Made by a program: the position numbers and the translations under genes. This document shows positions 13,001-20,220 of a stretch of DNA of 64,000 nt, in pieces. Origin of the DNA: Maribacter sp. Its GTDB lineage: Bacteria; Bacteroidota; Bacteroidia; Flavobacteriales; Flavobacteriaceae. Numbering within the stretch: the first letter of the stretch is position 1; every line of letters begins with the position of its first letter. The DNA lies in contig JARFRH010000054.1 in the NCBI GenBank assembly GCA_029287355.1, positions 10,533-74,532 on the forward strand, given 5' to 3'. The notes below the pieces were generated by a model. The model saw nothing but the letters and a program-made list of their open reading frames with translations, was not told where the DNA came from and ran no database searches.

Positions 13001-14830
13001 CTTTCTGATACCTTTACTGGTCTAGGAGCTGGTATTTATAGCATAACAGTTACGGATGGATGGAATTGCGACGTAGAAACCAATCAAGTGACCATTACCG
13101 AACCAACAGAAGTTGCCGCCTCTTTGATTCGAACAGATCCATTGACCTGTACTACAGGAGTCGAATTTGAGCTGACAGCGACCGGTGGAAGCGGTACGTA
13201 CGAATACAGTGTGGACGATATTACGTTCTTACCTATGACCAGCAACCCAATGGGCTTGCCTGCTAGTGGAGTTCTAGCTGCTGGAACATACCAGTACTAT
13301 GTGCGCGATGCGATAAACGGCTGTGATGCGGTTCTATCAAATGCGATTACCGAAGACCTCATTGAAGCATTGATACTAACTATCGATGAAAGCGCAGCTT
13401 TCATAAACTGTAATGGAGAAAGTACAGCGGCCATATATGCTTCTGCACAAGGTGGTTTGGGCAACTATATGTATGAGTTGTTCACAGATGCCTCCTTGAG
13501 CGTGGCCTCTAGAATTGCAGGGCCACAAGCTTCCGGTGAATTCGGAATGCTCCCAGCCGGAACGTATTATGTAACCGTTATTAGTGAAGATTGTACGGCT
13601 ACCCCTGAAGAAGTTGTGATTAACGAGCCAACACCGTTAGACTACACCGAAGAGGTTGTCAATGTACTTTGTTTCGGAGAAGACAATGGGTCAATAACGG
13701 TAACCTTATCAGGTGGATCTGGTGGCTATCAATATGCCATTTCACCGAACTTAAATCAATTTGACGATGAAAATGCCTTTGATGAATTGGCACCTGGGGA
13801 TTATACCATTATTGCACAAGATCAAAACGGGTGTTTTATAGAACTACAATATACGATTACGGATCCCGAACCTTTGTCGGCGAATGCAACAACCACCCCT
13901 GAAATTTGTGCAGATGAAGAGAACGGAACTATCGATTTGACCATTCAAGGGGGTACAGCACCTTATAGTACTCGTTTAAGTGACGAGGCTAATTTTGTGC
14001 AGGATCGCGTATCCTTTACCGATTTAGCCGCAGGGGGTTATATCATATTTGTTCAGGATGCCAATGGTTGTGAAACCGATTTGGGTATCACTATTGAACC
14101 TGGGGCCAACTTGAGTGCGATTGTAGAACCGATTTATGAATGCACTGGGGATAGCCCGGATAATTACGTAAATATAACTTTTGAAGATCCTTCGGTGACA
14201 GGTGATGTTCTTTATGCTTTGGATTCAACCGATCCGGCAGACATGCAGCTTAATCCAGACTTTCGAAATTCAACTCCAGGCATACATTATATTGCTATTG
14301 CCCACGCAAATGGTTGTGTGATTACTGTGGAATTTGAAATTGAGGCATATGAACCCCTCGCCTTGGTTCTTGAGCAGAACAGTATCAACGAAATAACGGC
14401 AATTGCCACAGGTGGTAGACCGGATTATACCTTTTATTTCGACGACGTGAATAATGGCACAGACAATACGTACGTTATTAACAGAAGTGACACCTATGTG
14501 GTCCGCGTTATAGATCAAAACGGATGTGAGGTAATGGCAACTATTGAAATGGAGTTCATAGACATCGAAATTCCCAACTTCTTTACCCCAGATGGTGATG
14601 GTCTTAACGATTTCTGGAAGCCAAGAAATATTGAACAGTTTCCTGAAATACTAATTAAAATATTTGACCGTTATGGAAGGGTGGTTGCCGACGATATCGT
14701 AAATAAAGCAGGATGGGACGGACTTTACAAAGAAAACGAACTTCCAACCGGTGATTACTGGTACGTGATAAAACTCGAAGGAGAGAATGATGATCGAGAG
14801 TTTGTTGGACATTTTACCCTATATCGCTAA
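1073..14830 (+). CDS. Giant SprB-like repeat surface protein/adhesin with T9SS type B C-terminal sorting domain
   Basis: 4585 aa with an N-terminal signal peptide and a DUF11-like segment (LEKKVED...GQVLDYVLYFTNYG...RDVLP). Dozens of SprB-type repeats (GGTAPYxY...F.GL..G.Y.I.V.D.NGC). The C-terminus IPNFFTPDGDGLNDFW...IFDRYG...GWDG...LPTGDYWY...GHFTLYR is typical of a type B CTD. Directly followed by a PorP/SprF gene. Confidence 0.93.
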   Translation: MLPNLTKKLVVVLVFLIAFVGFSQEYNNFEVRYQNNIKGDLTFISNQIVNRDGGTATTEPEDAYNNLNNTNGYWPSSNRNVETGGYYNYNDYKDMRYIDVDGDPSTFNSSTTTFNFPNTDCNLIRYAGLYWSATYPRDNTTDPIGTPRQYAIDQVKLKVPGGAYVNITADEVLYDGLFDPALMANAPYAAYADVTAQISALADPTGDYTVADIPVAQGVGYDLATGTSHMTGGSAGGWTLVIVYENPTLTGKLITTFDGFARVTGTDQIDINYNGFTTIPVGPVNADIGAAALEGDFRITGDFMSIEAASNSGFTTMSNTVNPANNFFNSNITLDGALLPGRTPSSANTLGWDTDIFQLNNPINGVIPNNETAATFRFGTSGDQYYPFFNSFNIEIIEPDIVLEKKVEDIGGNDITGQGVNLGQVLDYVLYFTNYGNDDATNYTIRDVLPINVTLDEANITMPPGTTYVYTPATRTVEFTIPDDIIQAGDPTANIRLRVQVAENCFDFIDACTDLIQNVAYSTYEGGINDNQITDDPSVTAFNNCQPPTPGATNFLLDDLSDCNFTRSVELCGSSALLDAGDNFDSYIWVRDDNNNNEIDPSDPVITDGDPDNDPSTMTVTTVGTYIVDKIVADPCKGFKEIINVEAYGSGTIPNPIIEYYTTVNGDADPSNDIAGEIVTCSIDGDLLPKIFLCGINDSAPLLVNILDAQSISWEVLDESSCAPEGDDCANKNLTCTWNEVSTGSSYEVTNAGKYRLSVTYQNGCTSRFYFNVFQNTLDIQYNKRDIVCTTNGNITITNLGANYGFQLVDEATNAILIPFSANNGPSFDFGPGENGGYFVEVTQLDGTGNPIVGACVFSTPEIGVLDRNVTYNVNVTDVTCTAMGQVNIQVLNAEPNYEYEIRLDDGSNGGLGTLVDSETAQPDNNFTFTDLNPGNYIAVARTADGCSYSEQITIIDDNDLELEARVSQHVTCKEGNILMDSNGGQTPHTYAIWSFVDVNGIVVTSYPDVSAIAPSEYQTSVIFDILEPGEYTFVVVDRNNCYAFSDTVEIEFRPPAEFGQASYTHQACFGDASGAIQMNLIDNGGYQLTYYLFDFSISAEDALAENFDINLALASNASGYFPGLMTGDYTIIVNMRKGSASCNFPHYHTITGPANALAAEAVLIDDYTCVQDGIIEAQNVVGGTAPYSYSIDGINFFSGPGAERFSGLTDGNYTITVRDDLDCTITTNTITINPRNEPSDLTFVSTQALCPALTSDVTVTVVDGNAPFTYEIIAPLANATNNVNDPLFVGLTPGTYTFQVTDDKGCVIQESYTIASVVPITVTGQLDRNISCLGLSDGAANFNVGNFNTTYDYSITGPATFSGTAVFLNTIPLTGLAAGTYSITVTDNDTNCIATTDVTIAAPPAALVIANLDVTDMSCSTIGTNPGSVVISATDGWGVYEYELEDPTGGTVGPQPTNSFTGLTDTSGNYTVTVRDAGGCEVTQTFMLSPAIAPVLAVTANSLCYDGTTGLTITANVTSGGEAPFQYRLAPSGAYQSNPVFSGLGPGAYTIEVIDSKNCTATASIDVFPTLTASANLVKDLDCSATPDAEISINITGGNPTFNYEVIRDGASVQANTPVPGIPFSYFTTTAGSYEFIITDIESCTVTTNQVLVTANDPPTAVEVLTDPLCATSADGIAELQISGGTPPYQIVFDGSAPSTQTAYPGLVAGTYNYSVTDSKGCILNDDVTLSAPAVLLPGTIDLVTAYRCDNTSATLQAINYSGGTPGYTFSIDGVTFQASDTFSTGITAGSYTITVRDTNGCTESTPAVVIDPLDPPTDLTFTQSAPTCPAIVSDVTVTVIDGTAPYVYEITAPAASIDNNGNNNVFTGLNPGTYTFQITDGKGCIIQENYTVTDIPRVDVISQLTNNVSCFGLSDGEFSFTTSDFASTYSYTVENSAATVVQSQPNINLPTAIAVAGLIADTYTVTITDDTTNCTATTSMVISNPPAALDFTFTNTPVTCIENASIIVTATDGWGGYEYQLENTVGPAIVYAYQANNTFVNVPAGSYTIYVRDAGGCVVSKPIVLDPAVTPTIAVDAVSDYCFDNTNQASLVIDISDGVAPFTYSINGVDQGAAVGNPFTIANLIPGNYTIQVTDGYGCVSNILNETIAPQLSASAIVTKALDCTVSPDAIIDVSISNGYTPYVTYEVSSDGGTSWSATTAIVGANFTYSTPSAGTYDFRITDNQGCAVITQAIIGPIVNPEITSLVQTADILCNGDAGASIQVNLDTIQGVAPFTISVLNTTTSTNYGTQTSGLPAGTYEVTVTDAKSCSDMEIIVIDEPDAITYDISLVPITCNPATGTDPGSISVENLLGGTAEYEYHLTGNNGYSASYATISGGENHTFAILEFGIYEVDVIDANGCSVVTTNIIASPPDDLDIDVSAITADCVSGGTAIVTVSTAILGTNYEFGILDSFGVPYASTYFAPDTAGGPTRTFTGLTPGITYTFVVHDMTTNCYYFETAAAPIDSPSNLTSTLDAVNNITCTGSADGSVSFSFDNYAADATSVTYEIFNSQSNASTGITGTESVNAPPVGTGVTVTNVGPLPYGVYYILFSEDDGTYSGCSVASAQFTITESINELAVTATLEKNDNCNVNAGQVSAIAQFGTRPYEYQIALSTDPAPTALAWAGSTANFFNVEGGDYIVYAMDAHGCIRFDAVTVPTDIEPEISLVLNDQCTADEGGFSVDIILDVPGIVPHAISIDGSAPQAAPGLVNAGDRITISNLSSGPHTFAVVDLNGCADTDPITIYPPLNISANISAVENCDPANSGEVTVTVNGGSGNYSYTQITPAGPTNPTGVFTGLTHSVSYTFEVLDTTTNCTLPIDITLPAPAIPTFTLDATDVSCFSGADGTITVTLDPGNIDIPYEYSLDGGTTTQTSNVFLGQTQGTYTITVISDKGCADTRSIDINEPSALDVSASASAFSCDDAASTITVTINNDGTGNPSGTGPYVYSFDNGINFQPGNTSQVPFGSPDVNVVVRDANGCADTEIVPIPVMQEVTAVVNQLQPIDCSNLQEIVEIVASNGSGTYSYTELPSGNIVADPTNIILTQPGTYVFEILDTVTNCSVTVEHIIAPYDLIEVVAAVTTDATCSDSADGVIQVTITGYSGTFDYQVLDNTGTPIAGTLNSDNAIADPHTFNLASTLPAGIYSIQITETTFPECQDVSNQVTIDAPEPLALQLVDNVNANCNEANAIVTVQASGGTAPYSYGASIGGAGIPATFLFDSTIELDPTTSLNWDIYVQDANNCVIAGPLAVLIDTDTIPDISLVLDDECVAEGSFEITVSLDAINLGVAPYTMSIDGLGFQNIPSFPYTYTNLSAGLHSVEIRDANGCGEIENITVDPELRVTAQIISQPTCNTDDGVIAFTVIGGDASNAVTLLNAATMVDTGLTPVGNQFSGLAFGDYIVRVTDTPLTAISCTADAPVSLEEPTPVTLLATDPTDISCEGASDGTITINLEPSSAGVNDNPPYTFEINDGSTTTTQNTNLFTGLPAGTYDITVTSNRNCIAIDQVTISEPTALVANITNLTPFACDADNAQQSATIEVTITAGTGTPDYSYSVNGGAFLPTGGTVFTYTVSTAGNYDIIIRDANGCPFTLPTVTIAPLNTFTADVTQDLAITCDPAQPEQVLITVTETAASGDIYSFDLLPIGNPNGVMTSSTNTTANFDLTAVGRYTFRVTNTTTGCYIDTAPYEIAPYDLIEVIATATTPLTCFNDGTGAMEINITGYAGTYDYQIFDSANNPIGGLVSTDTSINPRPITGLNGGNYYIRVIETDPTSTMCDDDSNVVTIQSPDMPLAELTTPLTNVTCADGQGEASVVPSGGYAPYDIILTNTTTGQVSPTATDVQAMVFTGLSAGDYSVEVTDSNGCVITNSYPNLFVLPTYIIANAIPLVTNLACFGDTTGTVTGIVTSGGSGSYEYQLNYYDDAGATIEATTGEQLSDTFTGLGAGIYSITVTDGWNCDVETNQVTITEPTEVAASLIRTDPLTCTTGVEFELTATGGSGTYEYSVDDITFLPMTSNPMGLPASGVLAAGTYQYYVRDAINGCDAVLSNAITEDLIEALILTIDESAAFINCNGESTAAIYASAQGGLGNYMYELFTDASLSVASRIAGPQASGEFGMLPAGTYYVTVISEDCTATPEEVVINEPTPLDYTEEVVNVLCFGEDNGSITVTLSGGSGGYQYAISPNLNQFDDENAFDELAPGDYTIIAQDQNGCFIELQYTITDPEPLSANATTTPEICADEENGTIDLTIQGGTAPYSTRLSDEANFVQDRVSFTDLAAGGYIIFVQDANGCETDLGITIEPGANLSAIVEPIYECTGDSPDNYVNITFEDPSVTGDVLYALDSTDPADMQLNPDFRNSTPGIHYIAIAHANGCVITVEFEIEAYEPLALVLEQNSINEITAIATGGRPDYTFYFDDVNNGTDNTYVINRSDTYVVRVIDQNGCEVMATIEMEFIDIEIPNFFTPDGDGLNDFWKPRNIEQFPEILIKIFDRYGRVVADDIVNKAGWDGLYKENELPTGDYWYVIKLEGENDDREFVGHFTLYR

Positions 14831-14849
14831 TACTTAACCTAAACAAGAC

Positions 14850-15794
14850 ATGCGCAGCAAAATATTAATACTATTCCTTTCTCTGGTTGGCCTTGTGGCG
14901 AATGGACAGGAGTTGACCATACCTCAGCTATCGCAGTATTTGGCGGATAACCCTTTTGTAATGTCCCCCACTTATGCCGGTATTGGTGACCATGTAAAAA
15001 TTCGAATTAACGGACTTACACAATGGGTAGGTATCAAAGATGCTCCAGACACACAGTCTTTGGCGGCAGATATGCGTATCGGCGAACAATCAGGCTTGGG
15101 AACTTTATTGTATAATGATAGTAATGGTGAAACCAAACAACGTGGGGCACGACTTTCATTTGCCCACCACCTCACTATTGATCGTTATGATGACAAGTTC
15201 CTTTCTTTCGGTCTCTCGTATAATTTCAATCAATTTCGTATTGATATCGAAAACTTCGATGCCTTGGACCCAAGTGTTACTGATGACAGAGCTACTACTA
15301 ACCATAACTTTGACGTTGGTTTCTTATATCGATGGGACAAATTTTATTTCAGTGCCAATGCTTCGAACATCATCAATAAAGACTTGACGAAATTCAACCC
15401 TGTTTTTGAGCCTAACCGACTGAGAAACTACTACGTTTATACCGGGTATCGTTATAAAAAGAATAAGAACAGTGATTTGGAAATTGAGCCATCTGTTTTC
15501 TTTCAGTTGTTCGAAAGTGACGGTCGATCCGTAACGGATCTAAATGTCAAGTTCCGATGGTATGATTTTGAAGATTATTACTATGCTGGGGTTACCTATC
15601 GTTTTTTGAATGATCAAATTGGGGATCCATTATATATAGCTCCTATCGTTGGTCTTAAGAAGAACAATTTTTACTTCGGATATTCGTACCAAGTGATTTT
15701 AAACGAAATTTTGGGCTATAGCACAGGTACGCATGTCGTTACGCTTGGCGTGGATTTATTTCAGGGTATTAGTAATTGTAGATGTACGTACTAA
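14850..15794 (+). CDS. PorP/SprF family T9SS outer-membrane protein, likely cognate shuttle for the upstream cargo
   Basis: Signal peptide; motifs SQYLADNPFVMSPTYAG, QWVGIKDAPDTQ and YFGYSY...GTH; 19 bp downstream of a type B CTD gene. Confidence 0.92.
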   Translation: MRSKILILFLSLVGLVANGQELTIPQLSQYLADNPFVMSPTYAGIGDHVKIRINGLTQWVGIKDAPDTQSLAADMRIGEQSGLGTLLYNDSNGETKQRGARLSFAHHLTIDRYDDKFLSFGLSYNFNQFRIDIENFDALDPSVTDDRATTNHNFDVGFLYRWDKFYFSANASNIINKDLTKFNPVFEPNRLRNYYVYTGYRYKKNKNSDLEIEPSVFFQLFESDGRSVTDLNVKFRWYDFEDYYYAGVTYRFLNDQIGDPLYIAPIVGLKKNNFYFGYSYQVILNEILGYSTGTHVVTLGVDLFQGISNCRCTY

Positions 15795-15841
15795 ATTCAA
15801 ATCCTCTTTTTTTCTTTTTCAGTTTTTTCAATGGATTGATC

Positions 15842-15849
15842 TAAGTTTG
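15842..15849 (+). promoter_or_regulatory. Bacteroidota -7 promoter element for folB
   Basis: TAAGTTTG matches TAnnTTTG, 16 nt before the folB TTG start. Confidence 0.6.
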
Positions 15850-15865
15850 CTAAAAATAATTTGCC

Positions 15866-16225
15866 TTGGGGAAAATCAAAGTTGAAAACATAAAAGTATA
15901 TGCTTATCACGGGTGTTTGGAAGAAGAAACCATAATTGGATCCGAATATCGAGTTGATGTTTCTGTGAAAGCGAATCTTGCTAAGCCTTCAAAGACAGAT
16001 GAATTGAGCGATACCGTTGATTACGTTCATATTAATCATATCGTAAAAGAAGAAATGAAAATTCCTTCCAAACTTCTTGAACATGTGGCCCAAAGAATTA
16101 TTGATCGCATTTTCGCCGAAATAGAACAGGTTTTAAAAAGTAAGGTTTCCGTTTCAAAAATAAATCCGCCGATAGGAGGAGATGTGCAAATGGTCACCAT
16201 TGTGCTTTCTGCAAAAAGATCGTGA
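15866..16225 (+). CDS. folB: Dihydroneopterin aldolase
   Basis: YAYHGCLEEE, DELSDTVDY, LLEHVA and KINPPIGG motifs; 119 aa; TTG start. Confidence 0.95.
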   Translation: MGKIKVENIKVYAYHGCLEEETIIGSEYRVDVSVKANLAKPSKTDELSDTVDYVHINHIVKEEMKIPSKLLEHVAQRIIDRIFAEIEQVLKSKVSVSKINPPIGGDVQMVTIVLSAKRS

Positions 16226-16234
16226 TTATAACAC

Positions 16235-16265
16235 TTTGATAGGTTGGAATAAGGCACTACCTTTA
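16235..16265 (+). promoter_or_regulatory. Putative -33/-7 promoter of tRNA-Cys
   Basis: TTTG (16235-38), 19-nt spacer, TACCTTTA (16258-65). One mismatch to TTTG-N19-21-TAnnTTTG; 12 nt before the tRNA. Confidence 0.55.
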
Positions 16266-16277
16266 CATCCTCAATTT

Positions 16278-16348
16278 GGCATCGTGGCCGAGTGGCTAGG
16301 CGCAGCTCTGCAAAAGCTTGTACAGCGGTTCGAATCCGCTCGATGCCT
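16278..16348 (+). tRNA. tRNA-Cys (GCA)
   Basis: Acceptor stem GGCATCG/CGATGCC, D arm GCCGAGTGGCTAGGC, anticodon loop CT-GCA-AA and T arm AGCGG-TTCGAAT-CCGCT. CCA is not encoded. Confidence 0.96.
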
Positions 16349-16350
16349 CT

Positions 16351-16380
16351 AAATCCTCCTTAATTTAAGGGGGATTTTTT
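16351..16380 (+). terminator. Rho-independent terminator after tRNA-Cys
   Basis: AAATCCTCCTTA-ATT-TAAGGGGGATTT hairpin followed by a T-run. Confidence 0.8.
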
Positions 16381-16431
16381 ATATTACAATATTTTGAGTC
16401 TTATCCTTGCAAAGCCTTTTTCCGGATGCCC

Positions 16432-16468
16432 CAATCTGTTGAACCTTTGCGGCATGTTCAATAGATTG
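16432..16468. terminator. 13-bp hairpin between convergent tRNA and lysE-family genes (possible terminator or stabiliser)
   Basis: CAATCTGTTGAAC ... GTTCAATAGATTG, one G-T mismatch, 11-nt loop; no strong U-tract. Confidence 0.45.
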
Positions 16469-16495
16469 CTTTGTGACTGGCCATGACATTGGCTT

Positions 16496-17182
16496 TTATT
16501 CTCGAATTTTTTCTATTTTCTCTATTCCTTTTTCAATATTGAACTTATCTTTTGGAAGGAAACCTTTAATAATTAAAACCAATCCGCAAATCACCAAAAT
16601 CACTCCAAGACCTTTCTTTATCAAATGGATTCTTTCAAGGGTCAATTTGCGTTTAAGTTGTTTTGCTAAAAGTATCTTGAAGACATCTGTAATAAAATAC
16701 GCCAATAACATCGAACCAAAGAAAATTCGAATTCGATTAGGGTCATTTTCCACACTCGGACCAACAACAATGATAACCCCTAACCAGAAAACCAGAACAC
16801 CAATATTGATAAAATTGAGTAAAAAGCCTTTAATAAAAAGCCCAAGGTAGCCCTTGCTGATTTTAACCGCCTTCTCTTCTGTTTCCCTGGCTTTCCTTTT
16901 GGAGTCCTTCTTCGCGAATGTGGTTATGCCATAAACTAATAGAATAACACCCCCAAACACATACAGCCCTGGTTGATTGCTTAGGTTTTCCAAGAGCTGA
17001 AAACTACTGAAGTAGGCTACCGTGATAAAAAGAACATCGGCAAAAAGAACGCCCAAGTCAAAAACTATTGCCGCACGAAAACCTTTCAGTGCACTGGTCT
17101 CTAAAAGCACAAAAAATACAGGCCCAATCATGAAGCTTAATAAAAAGCCTAGTGGAATTGCCGCCTGTATGTCTTCTAACAT
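16496..17182 (-). CDS. LysE family translocator
   Basis: LGFLLSFMIGPVFFVLLETSALKGFRAAI...DLG and GFLLNFINIGVLVFW; about six TM segments. Confidence 0.88.
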   Translation of the reverse strand: MLEDIQAAIPLGFLLSFMIGPVFFVLLETSALKGFRAAIVFDLGVLFADVLFITVAYFSSFQLLENLSNQPGLYVFGGVILLVYGITTFAKKDSKRKARETEEKAVKISKGYLGLFIKGFLLNFINIGVLVFWLGVIIVVGPSVENDPNRIRIFFGSMLLAYFITDVFKILLAKQLKRKLTLERIHLIKKGLGVILVICGLVLIIKGFLPKDKFNIEKGIEKIEKIRE

Positions 17183-17292
17183 GCTTTTTAAGACTTTAGA
17201 TGCTTAGCCTTAGGCGCTACACATCTTTTTTTGGTTTTATGAATAGCTTATTTGGCCTATTTTAAATTTCCAAATACACACTATTCTAAAAC

Positions 17293-17973
17293 TTAATGCA
17301 TTCTGGTTACTTTTCCACCGAATACGGTCTTCTCTTCCATTTTAGCTGGATCTCCATAAACCAACACCTCTCCTCCGGCTTTAACGGTTGCCTTTACATA
17401 ATCAAAAGCGTGGATTTCCGCTCGCGAACCAGCATTGACATTGACTGTGGAAAATTTTGTTTTTAAATCTTTGCCCTCATATACCCCACCAGTATTAATC
17501 ATGACATCTTGAAGGTCTGAGGTTCCTGTAGTTTTTACAACGCCTCCGGTTACGGTTTTAACCAACAATTGTTCTACTTCCACACTGACATCCAGCTCGC
17601 CACCTTCTTGCGCTTTTAACTCTAAAATATCTTGTTTGATGGTTTCTTGAGAAGTGATTCGTGCGTCTTCATTCACGTCGATGATTATCAATTTTTCAGT
17701 GTAATACAAATCCACGAAAGTACGATAACCACTAAATATCTTATCTATTTGCATTCGGAGCTTTAAAACTCCATCGTTGTTGACAATAGCCACCTTTTTT
17801 GTATTGGCTCCAGTAATGATAGCCTTATTTACATCCGATTTAATGAGGTTTATTGATAACCCATCAAACCCTTTAACCTCGGTGAACTTTTGTAGGTTTT
17901 GTGTGACCTCTTCTTCTTGACCTATTGCTTGGGTCACAAACAATAGCACAAAAAGTAAAATTACATTCTTCAT
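17293..17973 (-). CDS. DUF2807 / GIN-domain (auto-transporter adhesin head-like) exported protein
   Basis: Signal peptide; FTEVKGFDGLSINL at the N-terminus; repeated GG-containing beta-helix rungs; GEVLVYGDP at the C-terminus. Confidence 0.8.
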   Translation of the reverse strand: MKNVILLFVLLFVTQAIGQEEEVTQNLQKFTEVKGFDGLSINLIKSDVNKAIITGANTKKVAIVNNDGVLKLRMQIDKIFSGYRTFVDLYYTEKLIIIDVNEDARITSQETIKQDILELKAQEGGELDVSVEVEQLLVKTVTGGVVKTTGTSDLQDVMINTGGVYEGKDLKTKFSTVNVNAGSRAEIHAFDYVKATVKAGGEVLVYGDPAKMEEKTVFGGKVTRMH

Positions 17974-18030
17974 TAGGTAGGTTTTTAGGTATACATGACA
18001 TCCTTAAACAAAATCTATTCCAAAAGAATT

Positions 18031-20220
18031 CTATTCATTCTTACCGATTAGGGAAAAATCTAAATGGCGCTTGACCAAATCGGTATTCTTCACCATAACT
18101 ACAACTTCATCGCCAAGTTGATAGGTTGTATTTGTGCGTTCGCCCACAATTGCGTACTCTTTCTCATCAAAGATATAATAATCCCCTTTTATATCGCGTA
18201 TGCGAACCATGCCCTCACATTTGTTCTCAATAATTTCAACATAGATTCCCCATTCGGTGACTCCAGAAATCACACCAACGAATTCTTGATCTTGATGATC
18301 TTGCATGAATTTGATCTGCATATATTTTATAGAATCGCGTTCGGCGCTTGACGCCAAATATTCCATATCCGATGAATGCTTACACTTTTCCTCATACACT
18401 TCAGCTTTTGGTGAAGCTCCACCATCTAGGTAATGTTGCAATAAGCGATGCACCATTACATCGGGATAACGACGAATTGGTGATGTAAAATGCGAGTAAT
18501 AATCAAATGCCAAACCGTAGTGGCCTATGTTATTCGTGGTATAAATTGCCTTGCTCATACTCCGAATCGCAAGGGTATCCACTAAATTCTGTTCTTTTTT
18601 ACCCTTTACATCTTCGAGAAGCTTATTTAAAGAAGCGCTAATGGATTTTTTATCCTTAAAGTCCAACTTATGCCCGAAACGTGAAATAATACCGTTAAGC
18701 GCTATTAATTTATCTTCATTCGGATTATCATGTACACGATAGATAAATGGCTTCGTTGGTTTTTGTTTTCCTATGAATTGAGCCACTTTTCTATTCGCCA
18801 ATAACATGAATTCCTCTATCAGCTTATTCGCATCTTTAGCTTCTTTAAAATAAACACTGGTCGGTTCGCTTTTTTCATTCAGATTAAAACGGACTTCTAC
18901 TTTATCAAAAGAAATAGCAACTTTCTGCATTCGAGCTTAACGCATAATTTTTGCTAATCTATCCAAGGTTAAAGTAGCCTCTACAACTTCCTTTGAAACC
19001 GAATATGCAGTACCTCTAATGGATATATCCTCAGGAATGTTCCCATTTCCATTTTCGATGATATACTGCGCTTCCTCATAAGCAAATCGCTCATTGGAAT
19101 CGATTACCGTGCGCCCAAACCATTGATTTTTAATATTGGTTTTATCATCCAATTCAAAAATAGCAGAAAAGGTGTATTTTTCTTCATTTGGGCGTAATGA
19201 ACAAGCATTATTCGATAAAACCTCGGGAAGCATCGGTACAACTCTATCAACCAAATATACTGAGGTCGCACGGTTATATGCTTCATCATCCAAAACGGTA
19301 TCCGTCTGTAAATAATGGGAAACATCCGCAATATGAATTCCAATTTCGTAATTCCCGTTTTCCAGCACTTTAAAAGAAAGCGCATCATCAAAGTCTTTTG
19401 CATCTTTTGGATCAATGGTAAACGTTAAAACGTTTCGCATATCCCTACGTTTTGCAATTTCCTCTGGTTTAATAGAAGTATCCAACTGGTCAGCATAGCG
19501 TTCCACTTCGAGAGGAAACTCATAAGGTAATCCGTATTCCGCTAAAATGGAATGTATTTCTGTATCGTGCTCTCCTGGTTTTCCTAAAACCTCGGTAACT
19601 TTTCCGAAAGGGGAATCTGCGTTTTCCGGCCATTCCGTAATTTCTACAATGACCTTATCACCATCAGTTGCTTTTCCTATTTTGTCTTGTGAAACAAAAA
19701 TATCGGTGTACATTCTAAAATCGGTAGGACGTATAAATGCAAAAGTCTTTTGCATATCTACAATTCCTACAAATTCCATTTTGTTGCGCTCAACCACTTT
19801 TGTTATTTCACCTTCTAGTTTTTTACCCTTTCTTCTTGGGAAAATATAGACCTCGACAGTATCTTTATGAAAAGCCTTTTTTAATTTATTGAAAGGAACA
19901 AATACATCATCATCCATTCCCTCTATAACAATGTAAGCATTACCTCTTCCGGTAATATCGACTGTTCCGGTATGATAGGTTTTTGTAGAAGCAACAGCTT
20001 TATAATTTCCTCTACTTTCTTCGATAATCCGTTTGCTTTCTTTTAATTGAACTAGTTTCTTAATGAGTAGATTTCTATCGTGAGCTTCTTTAACACCTAT
20101 CTTTGCAGCTATTTGTTTATAATTAAAGCTCTTATTTTGTTCTTTTTCCAGCACTGTGAAGATGCCTTTTGTTATTTCGTTTTGTCTATGGTTTTTTGCC
20201 TTTTTGTTCTTCTTCGACAT
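18031..20220 (-). pseudogene. rnr: Ribonuclease R interrupted by a single in-frame TAA at 18937-18939 (pseudogene, split gene or sequence error)
   Basis: The upstream ORF has cold-shock domains and the RNB motif TIDPKDAKDFDDALS. The downstream ORF has EEFMLLAN, HFTSPIRRYPD and an S1 domain. Both are in the same frame and join as ...LAKIMR*ARMQKVAISFDK..., giving 729 codons plus a stop. Confidence 0.88.

Noticed and set aside
1139..14518. Many 60-240-aa ORFs antisense to or out of frame within the adhesin (e.g. 1616-2344)
   Set aside because: Shadow ORFs of a long coding strand with no recognisable motifs. The same applies to the short overlapping ORFs elsewhere in the track.
1073..14830. Assigning the symbol sprB
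   Set aside because: No sprC or sprD context is in view, and Flavobacteriaceae carry several SprB-like paralogues.
16278..16495. tRNA-Cys as an integration site
   Set aside because: No integrase and no duplicated tRNA 3' end was seen; the flanks look like ordinary core genes.
18937..18939. Alternative genetic code or Sec/Pyl recoding of the rnr stop
   Set aside because: The codon is TAA, which ends many genes in this window; Sec and Pyl use TGA and TAG.
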